DNA of 64,000 nucleotides from Paraspadella gotoi (Eukaryota > Animalia > Chaetognatha): contig CM119267.1 in NCBI GenBank assembly GCA_051294375.1, positions 12,657,081 to 12,721,080 of the forward strand. The letters run 5' to 3'. Under the pieces are notes generated by a model. The model had not been told where the DNA came from, searched no databases, and saw only the letters and a program-made list of their open reading frames with translations. This document shows positions 12,292 through 24,836 of this stretch, piece after piece. The translations under genes were made by a program, and so were the position numbers. How positions within the stretch are numbered: the first letter of the stretch is position 1; each line of letters begins with the position of its first letter.

Positions 12292-14324
12292 TAGACATTC
12301 GCCTAAGGAATAACATGCGACGCTCCGGGCTGTTTTGCGCTGAGAAAGTAACTCTGGCCGAACGATCAGCTGGGGGTGCAAATCCTTCCGCTTGGCTCTC
12401 AGAGCTCTGCCTCGGCGCATTGGCTATCGTGTTTGCCAATGGTCGTGCTAAAGTCGCTGCTGCTGCATGGCGGCGGTCGACTCTGCCGTCGGCGCGGTCT
12501 CACGATTTGCTTCCTCTTGAGCTCTTAATTGTATTCTCTGCAGGGCTGTCCGCTGAGCAATATTGCGTCTTTCTGTCGCGCTCCCTATCCGAGCTGCGCG
12601 GTTCCGCTGAATTCGTTCCAGTTCTTGGGAATATTCTTCCTCTGCAGTGTCTACTCTCGTTGTATGTAGCTCAAGAGCTCGTTGCAGCACTTCATCCCTC
12701 CCTCTCCTGGTCTGCTGTAGGACTAACGAGTGGGAGTTGTGTCTATAAAGACTGACTGCGTCGGGGCCAGTGGTTGTCCTAAGCTATTGTGGTCGTCGAT
12801 GTTGTTGCTGTGTGGCGGTTCTCCGCTCGTTGCCTGTGTTGAGGTCAGAGGTTTCTGGAATGCTGAAGTATGCTGCGGGGGTGTGGGTGCCGGGGAGATG
12901 GTCTCACGACATTGATTACGTCCAGTTGTAGCTATCGTGGAAGGGTCAAGGAAAGCTGTAGTTGGATGCGGAATGTCGACGCGGAGGATCTGGTTCTAGA
13001 TGCAATTGGTTCATCATACAACCGCATTGCCCCCCCACCGTCGGTATTATCCGTCCACCCATCCCTCGTATCGCAGGTCTTCCAAAGCTGGGGCGTATCA
13101 TACCTCCAAAGGGATGTGGCAAGGTCTCGGAGTCCCGCCACAAGCGTGACGAAGAGGCGTGGCAACAATTGAGTCACAGTCCAAAGATCTTCGACGCCAA
13201 GATAATCATCTCTTGGAACATATGATTGCAGGGAAAGTGTGACGATGGAACCGAATTGATTGGTGATTAAATTTAATTGTCTCAATGAGTTTTTATCATC
13301 AGGAGATAATGTATTAATTACATTAGATGATCGAGTAAAAACGTTGTTTTAATAGCATAATAAAACATGTATTTTCCACATGAGATAAAAGCCAGACTGA
13401 ATTTAAATCAGTAAACAATTCATTAAGTAAACAATAGATTCAATACCAATGAGACATCTTCTGTTGAATGAGTTTGATTACTTAAAAACAAAAGGTTCAT
13501 TATCATATTAAGTTCTTTATCTTGATGTTTGTAGAAGAGGATCTTGTGTCGTCTGGTGGCCCAAGATTGGGAATCTTGGTGCTCCAAATGGCCGAGGGGG
13601 TTCAATCCCGATCCTGTCTCATAAGCTCGGGTTCAATCCCCGATGCCTTCTCTAGTGACCATAGGGAGAGGGGGTACGACGTGGCTGATCTACAATAGTG
13701 GTTGGTATGTTTAAATCGTTTCCAACTCCGTCGACTGTGAATTGCATGAGGGTGGTTGCCGGGTATCGAGGTTTCTCTTGGAGACCCTCCTGGGTCCTTT
13801 CCATCGCCGCAGTCAGATTTGGGGTTGGCCTGTGCCCACTGCTGGCGGTTTTTCGCCTTGCTTTTTGAAGCTTTGCTTCCAATGCTTCCCTCATGCTGTT
13901 GGCGGAGGTGCGGTCTGGTGGCGATCCGGTCTCCTCGTATTTGTCGTAAAGACGCTGAAAGGTCCGTAGGAGACCTCCAGTTGCTCCGCAAACTCCGTCG
14001 GGTTCGCAACTTCCTCATCTTCCTGGGGAAAGCCATCCTTCTCCAGGGTAGAAGCCATTATGAGGGGGTTCAAAGGAAAAGAAGCATTAAATATAAATGT
14101 TCACACAAAGGAATATCTAATTATTCTGTCTCTATGCATCCATATCTGCAATATACTCTATAATATTTCTAATCATATATAAAGGAGACTTATCGGCTTT
14201 TTACTGTAAACGAAACGAGTAACGAACTAGTCTCAGTGGACCTCACCTCGTCCGTTGACCCGTCAGGCTGTGACTGGGTGACGCCGTCGTCCACTCGCCT
14301 CGTCTTTGCTGGAAGTGGGCGCGG
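12292..14324 (-). mobile_element. gag: Truncated BEL/Pao copy: diverged U5 fragment (14205-14324), PBS, leader and 5' gag
   Basis: Reverse complement of 27240-28630 plus 41239-41305 (MASTLEKDGFPQ..., MREALEAKLQ..., MANTIANAPR...). It spans the Gypsy insertion point as an empty site (CAGCTGATCGTTCGGCCAGAG). Confidence 0.85.
13115..13660. mobile_element. ~540-bp insertion within the gag copy, with a tRNA-like segment
   Basis: Absent from the paralogues near 25100 and 27870. The plus strand has TGGTGGCCCAAGATTGG followed by two GGTTCAATCCC B-box-like motifs (~13598 and ~13630). Confidence 0.5.
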
Positions 14325-14785
14325 TTTTTTATTGATTCAAAGATTTGTTTATGAATTTCATCTTCAATATTATTTACTGCAATATGTAAATTAGATTAAA
14401 GCATTTCTATATACTAATTTGGATATTATAATGAGTACTATAATCTCATTTGCATATTGCAGTAAATAATAATGAAGTGAAAATTCAAACAAAAATACTT
14501 GAATCCAAATGTAATATAAAAATTTCAGAGCTATTTCAAGATGAGAAGCCATATCTAAATTTTTAACTTACTATGATAGCACACTTTTATAAAACTTCAT
14601 TGTAATTTATAATAATTTTTATTTAAAAAAAAACAGTAAGTCCCAGTCAAAACTATAAAAGCGTAGTAGTTTTTATAAAAATTCGTGACGCCGACGACGA
14701 CGACGACGACGACGACTACGTCACAAAGAAGCTCACCCGAATCAATATCGAACCTGAACCGGCTTCGCCGGTAGGCTCGATAATA
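14325..14785 (-). mobile_element. Helentron/DINE-like dispersed repeat fragment
   Basis: 14325-14550 recurs inverted at ~21420-21645 and 14450-14785 resembles ~22545-22870. Terminal palindrome TATCGAACCTGAACCGGC-TTC-GCCGGTAGGCTCGATA. Confidence 0.45.
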
Positions 14786-15259
14786 AAGTTTTGTCTTATT
14801 TCTATGAATATATAGAAATGATCTCGTAATTAGTTAAAATTAAAATTAAATCAATTAAATCAATAAATTAATTAACATCCAGCGCCATCCACCTCAAACT
14901 GAGTTTCGCCTCGAGATGCTGAAAAGTAACAACGACAACGCAAAAAAAAAACAACAACAACGACGACGATTCCCAACCTCGACCTTCGCGATTCCATCTC
15001 CGACTTTCGGTTCCATCGAGATGATTTGTGGTCAAGCGGCGTCGGGAAGCGTTACGGACCGCGGATCAGACGCCGCGCTCGAGCGCCTCCATTCCAGGGA
15101 CGGTCGGTGATTAAATGGGGAGTGGGTCAGTTGGGGTTGGGGGATTCTGGATGAAGGCATAGAACGGGAAATCAGAGGATATATTTTCAGTGTCCAGTAC
15201 AAAAGAAGAAAACAACAAAAAGGCGCAAAAAACTATAGCGGGCTTCAAAACTATATAAG

Positions 15260-15310
<51 letters not shown>

Positions 15311-15321
15311 AACGATAATTA

Positions 15322-16207
15322 CAAGGTGACACACGACAGCCTGCCGCTAAAAATGATCATTTGAAAAATTGTTAAGATTTTTGTAATCTGAAAAATTTTT
15401 TTGTAGTAAAAACCTAAATCATTTATATATTCAAATTTCATATTGATTTGTTTTGATTTGACTTGGCAATGAGCAGAGAAAAGTTGTCTTCAAAATCGTG
15501 TTTCATTTTAAAACTCCATTTTTTTTTCTTCAATCTGTTTGTTTAACTTTTTAATCATTTTTTAAAAATTTTATATAACAAGGTATCAATTTTAATCTCT
15601 TCTGAAATCTCTTAAAAATATGAAGAGAATGGCATAACTAAAAATACTTTAATATAAAAATTAGCCTATCCAGCTTTAAATAAAAAAGGTAATCAAAATT
15701 AAGATAATTATTAAATTAAAATTTCTTAAAGAGCAGTTTTAGAATAATTATTAAATTATTGTTAGCTATTTTATATAAACAATAATTGGTCAGTGAAAAT
15801 AGATCAGATATTTGAAAAAATATATTTTAAGATTTTATTATTTTAATTTGGATTATCTTGATTAAAATGCTGATGAGGCTAATTTTTATGTTACAATATT
15901 CTTAAATATGTCATTTTCTTCAAATTTTCAAGAGCTCTCAAAAGATATTGATACGTTTTTATGTAAAAATTATTTAAAAAATGTTCATAAAGTTAGACAA
16001 ATAGATTGAAAAAAAATATTTATTTTAAAATGAAATACAATTTTTAAAGCAACTTTTTCCCTGTCAAGTCAAATCATAACCAATCAATATAAAATTTTGA
16101 TATATAAATGATTTAGGTTTTTACTATAGAAAAAAAATTTTCAGATTAAAAAAATCTTTACAAGTTTGACGATTTTTTTTAGCGGCGGGCTCTCGTGTGT
16201 CACCTTG
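15322..16207. mobile_element. Fold-back MITE with TA target duplication (Tc1/mariner-type)
   Basis: TA|CAAGGTGACACACGA...TCGTGTGTCACCTTG|TA; inverted similarity extends several hundred bp inward. Confidence 0.85.
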
Positions 16208-16926
16208 TATCTAAGAAATCTCAAAACAAATGTTAGGGCGGGAGAAAAAGGAAAATAAAAAGTACTATGAATTGTTAATACTTATAAATAAATAAAAAAG
16301 TTATAAGGGGAGAAGGGTATGAAGGGAGCTAAGATCGAAATCGAGGCTGAAAACGACCGCTGCGACGCCCATCGAGCATCGGAATTTGAGCCGCATAAAA
16401 ATTCTGATCTGAATGCGAAAGAGGGGATTTTTATGAGGCGCCATATCTGGTCGAATCTCGAGGAATAGCGAATTTCGGAAGGGAAGTTCGAGATGCTTTG
16501 ACCGCATATTTTGATCGCATATTTAATATTTGATATTAGATTGAATTTTTGACTGCACTTTTTCCGTAATGTTTTTAGTGCACTGACGAAAATTGTTTAC
16601 ATATTAAGGTGCGACTTATGTGCGACTTATGACTTAAGCACGGTAAAGCAAAAATGCCCACCTGAGAATAAGTGCAAAAAACTTTACGCAAACGCATACA
16701 GGCAAGTCAGTCAGTCAGTCAGTTTCCATATATTCGCTCATTCGCTTAAGGTCGCGACGGCAAAGATGTCCATCGGCAGCAATAGGCAAGTTCCATCTCC
16801 TTTGCCCTCTCCCAGACTCCCCGTTCTCCACTCCTCTGCCCTCCCTCCTCCCCCCCCGCGCCACTCCAACGTTAACGGTTTTCCTCTTCTGCAAAATCGT
16901 TGGCTTTTTCGCGGAAACGACGTCAT

Positions 16927-17046
16927 TCTTATTCTTCTTCTTCTTCTTCTTCTTCTTCTTCTTCTTCTTTTTCTTTTTCTTTTTCTTTTTCTTTTTCTTT
17001 TTCTTTTTCTTTTTCTTTTTTGTCGTCGTCGTCGTCGTCGTCGTCG
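16927..17046. repeat. Compound microsatellite (CTT)n-(CTTTTT)n-(GTC)n
   Basis: Direct reading; explains the spurious poly-K/poly-S/poly-L ORFs. Confidence 0.95.
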
Positions 17047-18922
17047 GTGTTATCGTCGTTGTCGTATTTGTCGTCGCCGTCACCTTTGTATCATCAACGT
17101 CGTCGACGTCATAAACTCTGTCGTATGTTCTCGAGAATATAAACGTTAAACGGGTTGTGTGGCCTTTCGTGAACGGGTTTTGCCACGGGGATAGCTCGTA
17201 ACAGACTTTGTCACGTTGGCATCTCGTAATGGGCTTTGCCACGTTGGCATCTCGAAATGGGATGTGCCACGGGGGCAATCCTAACGAGCTTTGCTACGTT
17301 GGCTGAATGGATCCAGAGAATTTCTTTGACCCATGAGCGACTGTTTCATCTCAATGTATCTACGTTCTCACCTTCTTTCAATTCATCCATTTACTCTCTT
17401 CTTCTGATAATTCCAATTACTTGTGATTGAATGGATGGATTGGAATGAAATTTGGTGTGTGGGTAGGGAAGTGTATGATTGACCTGGATATGATGGAATC
17501 GTCCGAGTGGAAATGAGTTTAAATGGAAAAAAACAAAAAAATATATTTTACTATTGAGTGGATGTGGCGATTGACTTGAAATTTTGTATGTTGGTAGGAA
17601 AGTGTGTGATTAAGCTGGAAATCAAGTTTCGATGGAATCGTTTGAGTGGAAATGAGTTTAAATGGAAAAAACAAAAAACTAGTTTCACTAATTGATTATG
17701 CTTCTTTTCTTTTTATATTAAATGTAAATGCAAGATGTAATTTAATCAAAACTTAAAGTTTATTAATCAATTAGTCAATTAATTGATCAATAAATAATTA
17801 ATCAGTCAACTAATCAATCAAAACAAACATTTCGGATCAAATTAACTTGAATTAATTGATTATTAATTAATTGATTACCGATAATGATCGAGGGCAGATC
17901 CGACATTGTTTGCTCAAACTTGTTTTAAAACTTATTTTCACGGATAGTTCATTTTGGCCTATTTCCCTTTTGGCCTCCACTCTCCTCAATTTCCTCTGAC
18001 AAATTCCGTTCTGTTTCGCCTCGGATCTGTCCGTACAGAAATCCGTCCATTCGTCCATTCTCGATTTCCGTCCACCCATGAAACTTCGACGCTATTTTGG
18101 AAGTGAAACGCGCGACAACTAACCACGACCGAGAAGCGTAATCGAGCGGATTGAGGGTTTAACGAGATCGTGACGAGAAACCGATGTTTACGGACCGACG
18201 TCATGCATGAAACGTCGCAAGCGCTCTCGAAACGCACGCTTTTAAAAACGCGGCCGAACGAAAAAAAACAAAAAAACCCAAATATCGCGCAAATCCCAGT
18301 CCGCTTATATCTCGTCGCAAAATTACCTTCGTGGTTCAAAAGCCCGGGTAAAAAAAGGAACATCCAGACAGATTGATAGAAAGCCGGTTGAAAAAAAATA
18401 TACCCTTTTTTCCCGCTTCCCACTTCCTCATCCCGCTTTTTCTTCCTACCCCTACCCCCAACCTCGATTCTTTCCGCCACACCCCCCGACGCCTCCCACC
18501 CACACAACACCGGTGGCCCACTATAAAATTGAGGTTGACTCGACGGGAGTTCGACCTTTATTGGTTTCGAGCGCCTTTCATTTTTGACTTTCCTTCCGCC
18601 TTTGACGAGATCGGAAAAAAAAACGAGCCTCGCTTCTCTCTCTTTTTTTGTCCTGGTCTTTTTCACTCCAACAACAACAACAACAACAACTCCAGGTTTT
18701 TTTTCATTTATCGATAAAAGGAACTCTTGCAAAGAGAGAAAACGGTGGAAGAAATACATAAGAAAAAATCTTGTGCATGGTGACAATTTTACAAGCGCCG
18801 GTAAAAAAACGCTGTCATTTGCAAACCAGTGGTTATCTCATTGATATTAAAAATTAATTGAGTAGAAAATGTTAAAGTAAATTATGTGTTCAAATTTTAT
18901 GTTGATCACTTAAGATATGCCT

Positions 18923-19149
18923 GAGGAGACAGTAATTATTGATATATGTTAGTGACAGAACCGTTCAATATAAGCAGTCCCTGAGCTTCGGATCAGGTGT
19001 AACACCGTGTTACAGGCGGGTGAAGCGCCCCTTCCCTCTTAACTGCTAGGCGGCCACCCGGCTAGAACCCCGGACCTTTGGGTTGGGAGGCGAATGACTT
19101 GCCTCGCACCAATGGCGCTTGATGAACTGTTGGTGGATTTTAGTCCACC
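18923..19149 (-). mobile_element. tRNA-derived SINE-like element with 8-bp TSD
   Basis: TSD ATATGCCT at 18915-18922 and 19150-19157. The opposite MITE arm (~20560) shows the empty site. Homologous to the 5255-5495 copy. Confidence 0.7.
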
Positions 19150-19924
19150 ATATGCCTTAAAAATGAGTGGAGAAAGTTGGCTTGCAAAATCGGGTTTCAT
19201 TTTCCAACTCACTGTTCTTAAATTAAATTTTTTTTCAACCTTTAGCACTTGTTTAAAATATTAACAATATTACTATCCTCAGAAAGCCCTTTAAAAATGA
19301 AGAGAATGATATACTTACGAAAGCTCTTACATAAAAATTAAGCTGCCCAGCGTTGGTTCAATTAAGAGAGTCAAAAGTGAATTATGTAAAATTTTAAATC
19401 TTTTTTATTGTGTATAAACTATCAATTTCGTTGCGTTTTGAAATTTAGGAGGAGGGAGAGGAGTCTGTATCTCCTGCACCAAAGCAGGCAAGAACAGGCA
19501 ATCGCCCACCTCACCGTCAGGTGAGAGGAGGACCGTCGGGAGGCCTATCAGGCCAGAGAGATATTCGAGTGGCGTTAGGCATTTTCCCAGGAGGATCACT
19601 ACCAGGTCCCGAAATGTCACACTCCACACTCAGTCCACAGTCATATCTTCTCAGCCAGTGACAAGCCAATGACCCGAGCCTATCGCAAACGTCCCACCTT
19701 TGCCCGCCCGGGGGGGGGGCAGCTCATTTTGAGCTCTTTCTCTCAACTTAATTTCACTAACTCTTTACTTACCTATCCCTCATCACTTATTCTTCTATTT
19801 CAATTTCGACTTCTTAAACTCATTAATTTATTTTTCAATGTTACTATTAGTTTAACTCTTAAGTTTGTTATTTTATTTCTCTATCATTGTTATACATTAC
19901 AAAAAATGTAAAGATTTTCTCTTA

Positions 19925-19988
<64 letters not shown>

Positions 19989-20030
19989 CTAACCTAATGT
20001 TAAAGAGTAAAAAATTATTGATTGTCATAA

Positions 20031-20062
20031 CTGATGAAGACTCTAAAACTCGAAACATGTAT
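20031..20062 (+). ncRNA. Degenerate minimal hammerhead ribozyme motif (Penelope type)
   Basis: CTGATGA-AGACTCTAAAACTC-GAAA-CATG-T. Stem II has a mismatch. The downstream TTTGTTTTTTTCTCCTAAATC tail resembles that after the 3165-3375 repeat. Confidence 0.4.
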
Positions 20063-21819
20063 TAACAACAATACAATTCGTTGATAAAAACAAATAAATT
20101 GTTTGTTTTTTTCTCCTAAATCTTTTTTAAAATATATGACCTGTTTAAATTATTATAACATAATAATAATAATAATAATAATAATAATTTTTATATTGGT
20201 TGTACCAATTTCATAAAATATTATTGTTTATTTAAGTTTCATGAAAGAGCCTGAAAAAAGAAGATTTAAGATAGCCAATCACAATTTGATATAAATCTTA
20301 AATTTACCCTCCAGTTATTGATTTTTGGAAAGATGTCTCATTTTTGAGTATCCTTATTAGATTAAAGATGGGCCGGTTAAATTATATACTACAGTTATTT
20401 AGATTTGAAAGGGCTTTCAGAACATAATAATATTATTATTATTTTATTTCAAATTTCTTCAGAAAACTTACTGAAAGTAAGAGAAAACAATTGAATCTAA
20501 AAAAATCGAGTTGGAAAATGAAACGCGATTTTACAAGCCAACTTTCTCCACTCACTGTCAAGGCATATCTTAACTGATCTATATAAAATTTGAACACATA
20601 AATTATTTTATTTTAAAATAAATGAAATAACCACTGGTTTGCAAATGACAGCGTTTTTTTACCGGCGCTTGTAAAATTGTCACCATGTAAATAGTGATCT
20701 CGCCAGACGAGAGGAGGAAATACAGAAATAAACAAGTTTGAGCAAACTATGTCGGATCTGCCCACGATCATTAGCGGTAATTAATTAATTAAAATAATAA
20801 TTGTTATTATTGTCGTCGTCGCCATCATCGTCGTTGCTTTTGTCATGGTCAGTGACGGAAAGACCTAAAAACAAACATTTAAGATCAAATAAATTAGTTT
20901 ATTAATTAAATTATTATTTTAGTTTATATATTTATATTAATATTCATATTAATTAATTAATTAAAATGTTGCTTTTTAGGTCTTTTCATCACTGATCACG
21001 ACAAAAGCAACGACAACGATGATGGCAACGATGACAATAATGCCGATAACGATTGACATGATTGACTGATTGATTGATTAAATAATTAATTAATTTATAA
21101 ATAAATTCATTGAATAATTAAATAATAGATAACTAAATAATTTGTTTAATTGAATAATTAATTGATAAATTAATTGACCAATTAATTAATTATTTATTAA
21201 TTTATTGATTAAATAATTAACTGATTAATTATTTGATTAATTAATACATCTTGCATTTACATTTAATATAAAAAGAAAAAGAAGCATAATCAATTAGTGA
21301 AAAAGGTTTTTTGTTTTTTTCCATTTAAACTCATTTCCAATAAGACGATTCCATCGAAACTTGATTTCCAGCTTAATCACACACTTTCCTACCCACATGC
21401 AAAATTTCAAGTCAATCTTCTTCTCATCTTGAAATAGCTCTGAAATTTTCATATTACATTTGGATTCAATATGTTTTGTTTGAATTTCCACTTTATTATG
21501 ATTTACTGCAATATGCAAATGAGATTATAGTACTCATTATAATATCCAAATTAGTATATAGAAATGCTTTAATCTAATTTACATATTGCAGTAAATAATA
21601 TTGAAGATAAAATTCATAAACAAATCTTTGAATCAATAAAAAACATGTGAAATCAAAAGACCTTTTTAATGAGGAGCTATATCTTAATTTTAATACAAAT
21701 AAAAATAAAATCTTTTACAAGCTATGATTGAAAAAAATTGTAAAAATTTCCAATTGTAAAAAATTGTAACATTTTTTTCCTTTCTTTTATTTCTTTAAAT
21801 TATATATACATTTTTCTTC

Positions 21820-22101
21820 TAATTTTTGTCAGTTGCTGCCTTTTCTGAACCCTTTAAAAACGAGTTCAGGCTCTGCAGTGACTGTTCAGCTGCCTTCCAG
21901 CGGCTGTCAAGCTTTCTCTCTCTGTCTCTGTCTCTCTCTGTCTCTCTCTGTCTCTCTCTGTCTCTCTCTCTCTCTCTCTGTACGATCTCTTGCGTGATCG
22001 TTTTTTGAAATTTTTTTTTCCTTTTAAAAACTTTTATTATCGCCATTTATTCCGCGATTTTTCTCAATGCAAAATCCCAAATTTACATCCGAGATTTTCT
22101 T

Positions 22102-22133
<32 letters not shown>

Positions 22134-22440
22134 ACTCATACACGCATTTGTTTGTATTATTTATGATGAATGATTCATTGCGTCAATGAATGACTATTAT
22201 CGCATTAATGAATGACTATCATCGTATCAATCATTTGGTTATTATCACATAAATCATTTGGTTATCATCACATCGATCATTTGGTTATCATCGCATCAAT
22301 TATTGGTTATCATCCCATCAATATGTGGTTATCATCGCATCAATCATTTGGTTATCATCGCATCAATCCTTTGGTTATCATCGCATCAATATTTGGTTAT
22401 CATTGAAGGTTGGCTCGATCCTATTCTTTTAAGATTTTTT
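21820..22440 (-). repeat. Inverted dispersed copy of the repeat at ~11380-12285 / ~7700-8540, including the 22-bp TTGATGCGATGATAACCAAATG-type minisatellite
   Basis: Reverse-complement identity (GAACCCTTTAAAAACGAGTT..., CAGCTGCCTTCCAGCGGCTGTC..., GGTTATCATCGCATCAAT arrays). Confidence 0.8.
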
Positions 22441-23967
22441 TTATTAGCTTCTCTTTCTGTTGATTTGCGTGCTTATATATATATATTGATTATAGATTGT
22501 TATTTCTAATAATAGCATTGTGGTCCCTCTGTGGAATGTAATTTGCTTATTGCAGTATATCTTAATGCAAAAAAAATTAAAACAAAAATATTTGATTCCA
22601 TATGAAACATGAAAATTGCAAAGAACTTAAAAATTAGAAACCATATGTAAACTTTTAACTTATTATGATCGCACACTTTTATAAAAATCCATCATAATTC
22701 GTAGTAGTTTTTATTAAAAAAAAAAACAAAATTGTAAGCCCCAGACAAAACTATATAAGAAAAAAGCGTGACGCCAACGATAATGACGACGGCGACGACG
22801 TCACAAAGAAGCTGAGCTTTCGCTTAATCTCGCCAAGACGGGCTTTGGCCCGTCTAGCGAGATAATAAAATATATCGATGCCGATTTGTGGAGAAAACGA
22901 AAGAACATTGAAAGCGGGCTGCTGGCGGCGACGGAGGCGGAGGCAGCGACGGCGGCAGAACTTATGTATATTTTATGTGTGTATCGTAAAAACCACAACC
23001 ACTCCTTATAATTTTTGATTACTTCCAGTACCACCGACATGCTTGCCGTTTCACAATGACGACAAATCCTACAAAAGACATTTTTTGCTGTTGCACGTTT
23101 CTGCTGCAACTCATTTAAATATTCAGTAACTTAAGAGTGGCTGAAAATTTGTTGAATTCGTAGGTAGCGCACAAATAGGATGTGTATTGTTTAATCTCAT
23201 AAAGACTCTTACTAAGACAACCACGACGATGAAGGGGACAGCGACGACGACGACAAGGAAGGGAATAAAAAAAAAAGCCGGTTCGTAAAAAAGCGGGAAA
23301 GTTTAATGGAGCGCAGGGAATTAACTTACCAACTCACCAACACCATCAGTAATAAGCTAGAGTTTTTTAATAGAATTTCTTCGGCTGATTATTTCTGAGA
23401 TATCGTCGTCCTTTTCGCGCAATTTCTCACGTGCAGAGTTTGTTTTTGCTTCTTGTAGCGATCACTCTTATGTCATAACGCCTCAAGTAAAACCAGTGTT
23501 TTCGCTGTTGACTTTTCATATTTTCAATTTCCACGGTTCACTCGAATCCACTTAAATTTCCATTGGTCATTTTCCATATTTCAATTTTCATCTAATATCA
23601 GTAAAAACAAATATCAAAACTCTCAAACTTCACGAAATCTAAAATTCACTATTTCTCTAGAACAGCCTTTCACTCCCCTAGACAATGCCAAGTGTTCACC
23701 CCTACTCTCTCTCCATTCTCTCACTGCTTTCCGACAGTAACAATACAGAGACTTCAATCTACACTGATACGAAAAAAATTTTTTCACACTAATAGAAAAA
23801 TACTTGACTTATTTTCCCACCAATTCGTAACATTCTCGCTAGGATAGTTTCTATGTTATAAACATTTTCATCAGAGTGTAAATTTCTGAAGAAGCATATG
23901 CTACTTTGAAATTTTTACTTTGAAATGGGATCTTACTATCAATCCTTCAGTTCCCATTAAAACAATT

Positions 23968-24465
23968 GATTTTTAGTCGGATCTGCTTATCTGCTTATCA
24001 GCAGATCCAGACTCTATAATTCACTTTGTCGGTCCGTCGGTCCGCCCCCTCAATCTTGTCCGGCATTCACTTATATGATGTCAGAACATCGAATTATGAT
24101 AAATATGCAATAAAAATGATGTCCGACCGTCCGTCCGTCGTCCGTCCGTCCATCGTCCATCTCTCTCCGTCCGTCCGTCCGTCGTCCGTCCCGTCCGTCC
24201 GTCCGTCCGTCCGTCCGTCCGTCCGTCCGTCCGTCCGTCCGTCCGTCCATCAATAATCAATAATTAATTACTCAGTCAATAAATAATCAATTAATTATTC
24301 AATCAATCAATATATTTATTAATTAATTATTCAATCAATCTATTTATTTATCGATTTATTTAATCAATCAATCAATCAAATCAATCGTTATTGGCATTAT
24401 TGTCGTCGTCGCCATCATCGTCGTCGTTGCTTTTGTCGTGGTCAGTGACGAAAAGACCTAAAAAC
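23968..24465 (+). mobile_element. HINE/DINE-1-like element, 5' portion with (GTCC)n
   Basis: TTTTTAGTCGGATCTGC...GCAGATCCAGACTCTATAATTCACTTTGTCGGTCCG, then a long GTCC microsatellite; paralogue of 341-448 plus 1979-2020. Confidence 0.6.
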
Positions 24466-24836
24466 CTAACCCGGGCCTCAAGTTCAACTCCATGCCACTC
24501 CCCTTACCCTAACCCGGGTCCGGACCTCCCATACATCTCCGTGCCTCAACCCTAACACTAACCGCTTTCGACACGTCACCAACGGGCCTCTCTCCCAACC
24601 CTAACCATAAACAGGGCATCCCGTTCAACTCCATACCTCTCTCCCAACTATGGGTCTTGACAGGAAGGATCATTCACCATAACAATGCGTAATCATTGAT
24701 GTATTAGACCTAATACATCGAGAAATACATTATAGTNNNNNNNNNNNNNNNNNNNNNNNNNNNNNNNNNNNNNNNNNNNNNNNNNNNNNNNNNNNNNNNN
24801 NNNNNNNNNNNNNNNNNNNNNNNNNNNNNNNNNNNN

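Larger units (their letters stand above)
18776..20687. mobile_element. Long-TIR MITE (TA-target type) with nested insertions
   Basis: CATGGTGACAATTTTACAAGCGCCGGTAAAAAAACGCTGTCATTTGCAAACCAGTGGTTAT at 18776 and its reverse complement ending at 20687, followed by TA (left flank is TG). Inverted similarity continues inward across the SINE. Confidence 0.85.

Noticed and set aside
16715-17278. 187-aa poly-Lys/Thr ORF and overlapping ORFs
   Set aside because: Produced by microsatellites lacking stop codons.
17986-18786. 266-aa minus-strand ORF
   Set aside because: Non-ATG start, low complexity, no motif, and it overlaps a MITE end.
24460-24650. Interstitial telomere (CCCTAA), also at ~63700-63780
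   Set aside because: Scattered degenerate units within repeats, not a tandem telomeric array.
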